Of a stretch of 23,042 nt of DNA, positions 13,249 to 23,042 are shown in pieces. This stretch comes from Eledone cirrhosa (lineage: Eukaryota), in the NCBI GenBank assembly GCA_964016885.1, contig CAXHJY010001497.1:1-23042 (forward strand). The letters are read 5' to 3'. The notes beneath the pieces were generated by a model. The model worked only from the letters and a program-made list of their open reading frames with translations. It was not told where the DNA came from and made no database searches. The stretch's first letter is position 1. Each line of letters begins with the position of its first letter. A program made the translations under genes and the position numbers.

Positions 13249-13290
13249 AGCAACAAATACAACAACAGTAGCAACAACAGTCATAACAAT
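12437..13290. repeat. (AAC)n/(ACT)n tract with higher-order units
   Basis: The marker attactactactactaatactgct recurs 4 times within (ACT)n at 12600-12925. The marker aatagcaacaaatacaacaacagtagc recurs 3 times at 13143-13272. Confidence 0.95.
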
Positions 13291-13559
13291 ATTATCGAAA
13301 TTAGAAACAACACACACAACAATGGCGACAATGAGGACGTTTGATGCGTTTGGCGCAGTTTGACATACAATTGTCTCCATTTTGAATTCATGTTTGTCTT
13401 TCGACTGAATCAATGTCTTACAACTTCCTACACCCTACCCTCTGCACCTTTCTCTCTCTCTAGTTCATACTTTATATCTCCCACTTTCTTCTTTGTCTCT
13501 CTCTCCCTCTACCCCCTCTCCCCTCTCTCTCTCTCTCTCTCCCTCTCTCTCTCTATCTA

Positions 13560-13590
<31 letters not shown>

Positions 13591-13735
13591 ATCTTTCTTT
13601 CTTTCACTCTCTCAATCTATCTATCTATCTATCTTTGTTGTTTTATTAATAGTTTTATTTTCATATACCTGTATGTAAACTCCCCATTTGTATTTGTCCC
13701 CTTCTTTTGTGCCCTTGTGGCTAATAAAGAAATTT

Positions 13736-13779
13736 ATCTATCTATCCATCTATCTATCTATCTATCTATCTATCTAACG

Positions 13780-13877
<98 letters not shown>

Positions 13878-13960
13878 CCTCTCTTCTTTTTAAGAACGAA
13901 CTTCACCGCTATTCCGTGCTCAACCTATACAAATACTTTATCCTCATCTATGTTTTATCC

Positions 13961-14029
<69 letters not shown>

Positions 14030-14062
14030 ACGCTATCTATCTATCCATCTATCTATCTATCC

Positions 14063-14124
<62 letters not shown>

Positions 14125-14211
14125 ATATCTCCTCTCTTCTTTTTAAGAACGAACTTCACCGCTATTCCGTGCTCAACCTATACACATCTTTTATCCTCAT
14201 CTATGTTTTTA
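13736..14211 (+). repeat. Tandem duplication (253-bp offset) of (TCTA)n plus ~82 bp of unique sequence
   Basis: ctcctctcttctttttaagaacgaacttcaccgctattccgtgctcaacctatac starts at 13876 and 14129. The aacgc interruption occurs at 13776 and 14029. Confidence 0.95.
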
Positions 14212-14505
14212 TGTCTCTTTCTTCGTACCATTCTCTCCATTTCTTTCTTTTAATCTCCTTTTGTTTTCCTCCTAATCTCTTTCACATTCAGTCTCTCTTT
14301 ATATATATCCATTTCTTTCTTTCTTTATATTCTTCTTTCTCTCTCCTTCACTCCAGTTCTCCCTATGTCCTCTTTATCTACTTGTGGGTTTCTCGTTCTC
14401 CCTTTCACTTTATCTCCACTTCTGTCTCTCTCTCTCTCTCTGTATGTATATATACATATACAATTGATATTAAATAAATGGAAACTATATTTATAAAACC
14501 ATATT

Positions 14506-14567
14506 TATTCTATTATATATATTTCAAGGGTACCAAACATTTTGGTACGCTATCATCAGATAAAATA
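14506..14567 (-). ncRNA. Minimal type I hammerhead ribozyme fold (Penelope-like element type)
   Basis: Minus strand reads tattttat-CTGATGA-tagcgtaccaaa atg tttggtaccctt-GAA-atatatat-A-atagaata. This gives an intact core, 8-bp stem I (one G.U), stem II with 10/12 pairs, palindromic stem III and an AUA cleavage triplet. Confidence 0.7.
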
Positions 14568-14628
14568 CAAAATGTTTTATAAATATTTGACGGTTCAAGT
14601 TATCCCTGGAAAGGATAATATCTCTTAT

Positions 14629-14691
<63 letters not shown>

Positions 14692-14833
14692 AGTTTTTAT
14701 CTCTTTCATTCTCCCTCTTATTTATTATTTTGATTTTCTTTCTCGTAAAAGCGCACACACACATGCGCACATGTTATCACCGTTATATATATATGTATAT
14801 ATGTATATATATGATTGTGTGTGTGTGTGTGTG

Positions 14834-14949
<116 letters not shown>

Positions 14950-15310
14950 GTTGACTGAGCGCCATCTCTCTCGACTCGACAGAGATACTGTTCGTATCAA
15001 CATCTTAATCCCTTGATTTAGAGTGAATCCACATCCCCCTTTTCAGATTGATCACAAATGTAATTCTGAACAATGTCATTCGTTGAGCCATCATTTCTGG
15101 CGATCAACTGATCTCTCCAATGCTGACCAATTCTACACACCTCTCTAGATATTCACCAATAACACTTAATACTCATTACCTATTTTTGATTAACAGTTGA
15201 ATTTAGTCCCACAATTGTGCACTTAACTTACTTTTGTTCTAGTGATTTCAACACCGCCTTCTTTCTTTCTCGTTCTTTTCTTCACCTTTCTCTCTGTCTC
15301 AATCTTGTAT

Positions 15311-15500
15311 GGTGAATTTGCAGTATCGGTAGAGGGTCAGACGCTATGCTTTGCAGCATAGAGTTACGACACTTTACGTTCTGAATTCAAATACCGCCGA
15401 GGTTAACTTTGCCTTTCATCCTTTAGGGCTCGATAAAATGAAGTACCAGTAATGCACTGAGATAATTGCTGGCCTCGTGCCAAAAGCAGGAATAATTATT
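15311..15500 (+). mobile_element. tRNA-derived SINE, family A
   Basis: Colinear with the 9309 copy: cagtatcggtagagggtcagacgc..ttcaaataccgccgaggttaactttgcctttcatcct..tcgataaaatgaagtaccagt..gataattgctggcct. Confidence 0.9.
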
Positions 15501-15862
15501 TCTATACCACACTAGTTTCCTTCCATTTTCCTCATCATCACCATTTATCACTTTCTCTCCATCTCTATTACGCTTAACATATCTCTCTGTCCCAATCTTT
15601 CATCATCTAAATATTTAGACATTTCATCCTCTCTATATTCGTCATGTTTTCCTCTACCAACACTTATATCTATTATTTCTATACCACACACTCGTTCCCT
15701 TTCATTTTTATCAACATAGCCATTTCTCACTTTCTCTCAATTACTATTTCGCTTCGCTATTTCTTCATCTCACCAACGCCTTCTCTCTTCTATTCCCTCG
15801 TTCAATGATTCCTTTAAGTTTATATGATGGAGAAACAAAGAAACCAAACACACACATATCTA

Positions 15863-16110
15863 GTCGATCGACAAGAACCAAAACATCACTCGCTTAACGA
15901 GTGGGATGGAGCTCGTCAAATCGGACCGAGGAAACAATGTTTCCATTGGTCTTTCAAATTGCTAATACTATCTGTCAGTCGCAACTACAGGCAGAAGGAA
16001 CAACGTGAAATAAAGTGTCTTGTTCAAGGACATAACGCATCGACCGATCTGGGAATCTAAATCACAACCTCACGATTACGAATCCAATTCTCTTACCACT
16101 CAGCCATGTG
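15863..16110 (-). mobile_element. tRNA-derived SINE, family B
   Basis: The reverse complement aligns with 5319-5520: ccactcagcca is the A box, followed by caacgtgaaataaagtgtcttgttcaaggacataacgc and tcgtcaaatcggaccgag. Confidence 0.9.
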
Positions 16111-16314
16111 TACGCACACACACATATATACACAAATTCACGCACACACACACACTCAGTCATACATTTATTATTTTCACACACTCCCATTCTCATAGAT
16201 TCAAAATGCACCAGTGTAAAACAAATACTCTACGCATTCACAAACATACAGCTATCGATATACACAGTCACATAAGCACTACGATGAATGCGGAAACACA
16301 CAAACACACACATA

Positions 16315-16451
16315 CACACAAATGCTGATACACATACAAACATACTCACTTAGACACATATACACACGTACACAGACAGAATCACATACCGATTGACAAA
16401 AATATCAAATACACACACTAACAAACAATGAGATACGCAAATACACACATG

Positions 16452-16493
<42 letters not shown>

Positions 16494-16865
16494 AACACAA
16501 ATGCTGATACACACACAAACATACTCACTTGGACACTTATATACACATACAGAGACAGAATCACGCACACATATAGACAAAAATTATGCCTCACACTCAC
16601 ACAATCAATAAGACACGCAAATACACAGATGCACGCATACAATCAAACACACACACACACACATACACAAATACTGATACACACACACAAACATACTCAC
16701 TCGGACAATTATATAAACACTTACACAGACACAATCTTACACATACAGACAAATATATCACTCATATCACTCACACACTCACAAATAATGAGGTACACAA
16801 TACACAGATACACGTACACACAAAACAAACAAAAGGACACATACACTCACAAATACTAACACACA
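16315..16865. repeat. Cryptic ~170-182-bp tandem repeat (3+ units) in CA-rich sequence
   Basis: The unit marker aaat(g/a)ctgatacac..caaacatactcact occurs at ~16320, ~16499 and ~16669, with a partial copy at ~16851. Downstream motifs are colinear. Confidence 0.8.
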
Positions 16866-17012
16866 CTAACACACAAACCGAAATACTATAAAAAGTCTTA
16901 GCGTTCTTAAATACAAATTTAAACCGAAACTATTTTGGAAAATAAAAGCATTGCCGCCTACCTTCTCCAAAAGAATTCTAAAAAAAAAAACAAAAAAGAC
17001 TATATTCTATAT

Positions 17013-17246
17013 ACAACAACAACAACAACAACAACAAAATATATATACATATATTGACGGCAATAACAACAACAGCAACTACAATGACAACAACAACTAC
17101 TACTACTACTACTACAACAACTACAACTACAACAACTAGAAAAAAACAACTCCAGTACCAAAATAACGACAACAATAACAACAATAACGACAACAATAAC
17201 AAGGACAACAACAACTACTACTACCACCACCACCGCCACCAGCACA

Positions 17247-17296
<50 letters not shown>

Positions 17297-17440
17297 CACC
17301 AACACTACTACTACTACTACTAACACCACCACCACCACCACCACCACCACCACCACCACCATCGACACTACTACTACCACCACCACCACCACCACCACCA
17401 CCACCACCACCACCACCACCACCACCACCACCTCACCACC

Positions 17441-17535
<95 letters not shown>
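17013..17535. repeat. (AAC)n/(ACT)n/(ACC)n trinucleotide complex
   Basis: Directly visible. Confidence 0.95.
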
Positions 17536-17650
17536 AATAGACCCAATAATAAGAAAAAGAAGTCAAACAAAGGTAACGAAATATATAAAGTAGTGTAGTC
17601 GTATATAAATAAGAAAGTTAAGAAAAGCAAAAAAGTAGCAGAGACACGCG

Positions 17651-17856
17651 TAGAAAATAATATAAGGCAATATAAAATGATATAAAATAATATAAAATAA
17701 GATAAAGTAATGTAAAATAATATAAAATAATATAAAGTAATATAAAGTAATATAAAATAATATAAAATAATATAAAATAAGATAAAGTAATATAAAATAA
17801 TATAAAGTAATATAAAATAATATAAAATAATATAAAATAATATAAAATAATATAAA
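17651..17856. repeat. 10-bp minisatellite (TATAAAATAA)~20
   Basis: Decamer units with variants tataaagtaa and gataaagtaa. Confidence 0.95.
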
Positions 17857-17964
17857 TAACAAAACGTCGGGCATAAACCAAACAGTCAGAATTTTATTCA
17901 AACAACACAGCAAAGACTATTGCTTGAAAACAAACCGATCGATATATTTACATACACATACATA

Positions 17965-18550
<586 letters not shown>

Positions 18551-19273
18551 AAAACATTAGACAGACGAGCATAAAGTGCAGAATTTTAAGAAAACTACTG
18601 AAATTTGCTGAAAGCAGCAATTCAAATCTCACGACTTCTGTTCCACCTCCTTTATTTTTTTATAGTTTTAGATGTTGCTGTTGCTGTTGCTGTTGGTGTT
18701 TTTGTTCTTATGGTTGTTGCTGTCATTGTTTCCGATGTTGTTGTTCCTGTAGCTGTTATTATTGTTATTGCAATCGTTAGTATTATTGGTATTCTTGGTG
18801 TTTTTTGACAACGTGATTTTTTAATGATTTATTTTCAAATGGCTAACAATGTCTTAATATTCTTATATAAAAAGTAGAAAAAAGTGAAGTTGTTGTGTTC
18901 ATGCCGTTCTCCAATAATTAGCGGGGAAATTGGAAGAGTCAACATTTCCTGGTTGATAGACAAATGCCACTTGGAAGATCCTCTGATATCAAAGTCCGTG
19001 ACATTGTAAACATTGTAGATGATGTTGGGCTTGTTTATGTTATACGTGTTTATATATATTTATATATATATATATATATATATTGTTATACTTGGGGAGG
19101 GTCATATTGTTGTAATAATATTGCCAGAAATAATAACAGAACACACTCACTGTTTGGTTGGTTTTCGCTTCTATATCTTTTATATCTCCATAGTTAATTT
19201 ATTTGGCAATCAATGTTTATCATTGATTCACCAACGGTTAAAAATACAGATATAAATATATATATATATAGTC

Positions 19274-19317
19274 TATCAAAGTTCTTTCGTTGCACATCTG
19301 CAACATCATCAGTGGTA
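19274..19317 (-). ncRNA. Minimal type I hammerhead ribozyme fold (extra-U variant)
   Basis: Minus strand reads tacca-CTGATGA-t-gttgca gatg tgcaac-GAA-agaact-T-tgata. It has a perfect 6-bp stem II, 4/5-bp stem I and a minimal stem III, next to (TA)n. Confidence 0.65.
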
Positions 19318-19971
19318 TTATTATGTTATTATGTTCCCTACTATTGTATTGTATCGTAATCTCTACGCCATTTTTATTTATATAAATATATATATATATT
19401 TCATTCCTATATGCTTTCCCCTTCGCTGTGACCTGTGTTTTTCTCTTCCCTTACTGCTATTCTCTTTCTCTCTCCTCCTTCTCTCTCCTTCTCCCACTTA
19501 CTTTCATTGACCCCCTCTGCTGGTCACCCTATCTCGGCTGGCCTCTTCCTCACACTTTCACTCACTCACTCACTCTCTGCTGCTCGCCCTCTCTCTCACT
19601 TCCTCCATCGTCCCACACCCTGCGTAATTCTTTCCTCGCTTACTTTCGCATGGTTGGGATGTGTCTCTCGTCTTCTCGTCAATATTCGCAAGTTCTTATG
19701 TTCAAATGAATCATAGACTTGATTTTTTCATTATTTCCTCTCTTTACGTTGCCTCACCATTCATGTTTGTTTACCTGTCTCTCTTTCTCCACCCAATCCT
19801 TTTTATCCCAATAACTTATTTTAGTTATTGTTCGCGCTAGCCTGAGGTAACTGGTCTTTAATGCGAAGAAATACCTATGATGGCTAGTAGATCACTGATG
19901 ATGGATAGTTCTATTTCTAATTCTTCATTTGTATATCACATTTGCAACAACACAGCACGCCATTTTTCATT

Positions 19972-20034
<63 letters not shown>

Positions 20035-20036
<2 letters not shown>

Positions 20037-20212
20037 GAAGGAAATGTGGTAAGGAACCAGGTGGACCATAACGCACCAAAGCACTCAATACTTAGGGTAG
20101 TAGTGTGGGTAATAGGAACGAGTAGGACCCCGACGACTCAAACCGTTTCGACGGCTAATTCAGAATTAGCCGTCGAAACGGCTAGAGCTCAGCCGTCGGG
20201 ATCCTACTCGTT

Positions 20213-20214
<2 letters not shown>
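20035..20214 (+). mobile_element. Best-preserved copy of the arm+palindrome element, embedded in (TA)n
   Basis: A unique arm (20035-20111) is followed by a palindrome (20112-20217) centred on CAG (20161-20163). The inner 18 bp are perfect and the outer stem is 23/24. Confidence 0.9.
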
Positions 20215-20268
<54 letters not shown>

Positions 20269-20271
<3 letters not shown>

Positions 20272-20395
20272 CAAATACCGCCAAGGTTACCTATCTTTGC
20301 TTTTCATTTTTACAGGGTCGATGAAATAAAGTACCAGTAAAGTGGCGATTTAATTGACTTTCCCTTCCCCCAAATTGTTGGATCGGAACCGATAT
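20269..20395 (+). mobile_element. 5'-truncated SINE family A copy
   Basis: gttcaaataccgccaaggtta..ctttgcttttcat..gggtcgatgaaataaagtaccagtaa..gactttcccttcccccaaattgttgg. Confidence 0.8.
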
Positions 20396-20578
20396 TGTGT
20401 GTGTGTATATATATATATATAATTTAATTATTTATTATGTATATATTTATTTATATCACGATATATTATTTATATATTTATATTAATTTATCTATTTGCA
20501 TATTTATCAATTCTCTTCAATGTGATTCTTTTAGACAACTTCAACTCCTGAATCTGACATCATGAAAAAAATAAAAAT

Positions 20579-20670
<92 letters not shown>

Positions 20671-20823
20671 TAAAAGGAAAAATAAAATAAGTGAATATAC
20701 AACATCTATCTATAAATAATATACATAAAATATGCATATATATATAATCAAATATAATACATATAAACACGGTTTAAATATATATATGTAAATAAATATA
20801 ATATATATATAAACAAGATTTAA

Positions 20824-20873
<50 letters not shown>

Positions 20874-21029
20874 GTGTGCGTGTGTGTGTATATATACTGT
20901 ATATATACAAGATTTAAATATATATATCTATATATATATATAAGATATGATATAAATGTATTTATAAATAAAAATAGATAACAAAATATGCAAATAAATA
21001 TTAAAATAATGAAAAATATAATATATATC

Positions 21030-21305
21030 ATATAAATAAATACTTAAAAAATATAATATAAATGTAAATAATATAAATAAATAGTTAAAAAATATAACAT
21101 AAACTTATAATATAAATAAATACTTAAAATATAATATAAACATATATCATATAAATAAATACTTAAATATATAATATAAATGTAAATAATATAAACATAT
21201 ATGTTATAAATAAATACTTAACAAATATAATATAAACATATAATATAAATAAATACTTAAAAAATATAATATAAATGTAAATAATGTAAATAAATCCTTA
21301 AAAAA
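21030..21305. repeat. AT-rich ~40-55-bp minisatellite
   Basis: The marker ataaataaatacttaa recurs about 7 times. Confidence 0.85.
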
Positions 21306-21654
21306 TATATATTTTATGTTGTCATTTTTTTTGTCGTTCGTTATTCGGTTTCATCGTCAATAGCTTAATTAAGAAGAACCAAAGCATTTCATTCATCTTT
21401 TAATTATAATCACTCGACAAAATCTCAATGTTTATCGTTACATTTTACCTCACCTTACCCTATGTCACGCTATACCAACCCCTTCCTTCCACCCCCACAT
21501 CCATCCTTCTACCTTCTTCTTATATCAAACCCTCTCTACTTTCCATTCATCACCCACCTTTATCCACCTATCCACTACCCCCCCCCCCCGCCAACCTTAT
21601 GTGCACCAAGCGTCAAATAGTTGTAACACTTGCTGCACCACCACTGCGTGCCTT

Positions 21655-22950
21655 GTTTGTTTTTGTTGTTGTTGTTATTGTTTGTTTGTTTGTTTGTTTG
21701 TTGGTTTGTTTGTTTTTATTAGCGATATTTCAGCTGTTGGTATTGTTGTTGTTGTTGTTATTGCCGTTGTTGTTATTGCTGTTCATTTTGTTGCTGTTAT
21801 TGCTGTTGTTGTTGCTATTGCTGTGGTTGTTGTCATTGCTATTGTTGTTATTGCTGTTGTTACTGTTGCTGGTGTTGTTATTGCCTTTCTTGTTGTCATT
21901 GCTGTTGTTGTTATTATTGATGCTGTTGTTGTTATTGCTGCTGCTGTTGTTTATTGCTGTTGTTGTTGTTATTGCTGTTGTCTTTGCTGTTATTGGTGTT
22001 GCTTTTACTGCTGTTGTTTTTGTTACTGTTGTTATTATTGCTAATGTTGTTATTGATGTTGTTGTTATTGCTGCTGTTGATATTATTATTGTTACTGTTG
22101 TTATTATGCTAATGTTGTTATTGATGTTGTTGTTATTGCTGATGTTGTTGTTATTGCCGTTGTTGTTATTGCTGCTGTTGTATTATTATTGTTGCTGTTG
22201 TTGTTATTGCTGTTACTGCTGTTATTTGTTGCTGTTGTTATTGTTGTTGATGATATTGCTGATGTTTTTATTGCTATTGTATTTGCTGTTGCTTTTCTTG
22301 TTGTTACTGCTGTGGTTATTGCGTTGTTGTTGTTGTTGTTGTTATTGCTGCTGTTGTTATTTTTGCTGTTGTTATTGCTGCTGTTGTTGTTGTTTTTGTT
22401 GTTGTTGTTGTTGTTGTTATTGCTGCTGTTGTTACTTTTGCTGTTGTAGTTGTTTCTCTTACTTCTGTTGTTATTGCTGCTGTTGTTGTTGTTACTGCTG
22501 TTGCTTTATGTTGTTGTTTTCGTTGTTATTGCTGCTGTTGTATTACTGTTATTGCTGTTGCTTTATGTTGTTGTTTTCGTTGTTATTGCTGCTGTTGTAT
22601 TACTGTTATTGCTGTTGCTTTATGTTGTTGTTTTCGTTGTTATTGCTGCTGTTGTATTACTGTTATTGCTGTTGCTTTATGTTGTTGTTTTCGCTGTTGT
22701 TGCTGATACTGTTGTTGCTGCTTATGTTGCTACTGATTTCGCTGCTGTTCTTTTCGGCGTTGATCCTCTTACTGTTCCTACTGTTGTTTTTATTGCTTTT
22801 TTTTGTTGTTGATTACTTTGTTGTTGCTGTTATTGCTGGTGTTGTTGTTAATGTCGTAGCTGATCTCGTTGCCGTTGTGCTTGCTGCAAGTGTTGTTGTT
22901 GCTGTTGCTATTATGGTTTTGTTGATGATTTTGTTGTTCTTGATGCTATT
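21655..22950. repeat. Long degenerate (GTT/GCT/ATT)n tract with a 57-bp higher-order repeat (~22495-22700)
   Basis: tgctgttgctttatgttgttgttttcgttgttattgctgctgttgtattactgttat occurs about 3.5 times. The tract explains the 508-aa low-complexity ORF. Confidence 0.95.
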
Positions 22951-23042
22951 GTAGGCGCAGCTACGGTTTGTGATATTGTTAATGGAGATGTTAATTAAAG
23001 ACGCTGTAGCCATATACATACATACATGCATACATACACACA

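Noticed and set aside
12520-13363. Thr-rich mucin-like ORFs (148 aa and 98 aa)
   Set aside because: These are pure ACT/ACA codon runs with no signal peptide or splice support, and equivalent tracts occur elsewhere in both orientations.
13736-14211. CRISPR-like repeat-spacer pattern (also 1778-2200 and 12600-12925)
   Set aside because: The context is eukaryotic, the spacers are microsatellites or SINE pieces rather than unique sequence, and there are no cas genes.
15010-15160. Minus-strand peptide ISREVCRIGQHWRDQLIARN..., loosely like a death-domain helix
   Set aside because: It is short and stop-bounded, lacks convincing splice sites, and the resemblance is too weak.
18835-19040. Minus-strand open stretch INKPNIIYNVYNV..., faintly like a piggyBac motif
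   Set aside because: The diagnostic YN..KGGVD motif is absent and there is no acceptor site.
21428-22954. 508-aa Leu/Val/Cys-rich ORF
   Set aside because: It lies almost wholly in a (GTT/GCT/ATT)n tract that is naturally poor in stop codons, and overlapping frames are also open.

Overview
This is non-coding eukaryotic DNA (intronic or intergenic), dominated by microsatellites: (TA)n, (CA)n, (GA)n, (GTA)n, (GTT)n and (TCTA)n. The repeat load and SINE motifs resemble octopus/cephalopod genomes (inference from recall, not a database match). Nearly all ORFs in the track are translations of simple repeats, and no protein-coding gene can be firmly supported. Two weak minus-strand exon candidates exist (12324-12426 and 8951-9123). 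The complex islands between microsatellites are mostly mobile-element remnants. They include two tRNA-derived SINE families (several copies, some with target-site duplications) and two minus-strand minimal type I hammerhead ribozyme folds (14506-14567, 19274-19317) of the kind carried by Penelope-like elements. There are also four copies of a ~180-bp (TA)n-associated element made of a unique arm plus a ~100-bp palindrome that can refold into a T-shaped hairpin, a 24-bp perfect inverted-repeat pair, and several higher-order tandem repeats.
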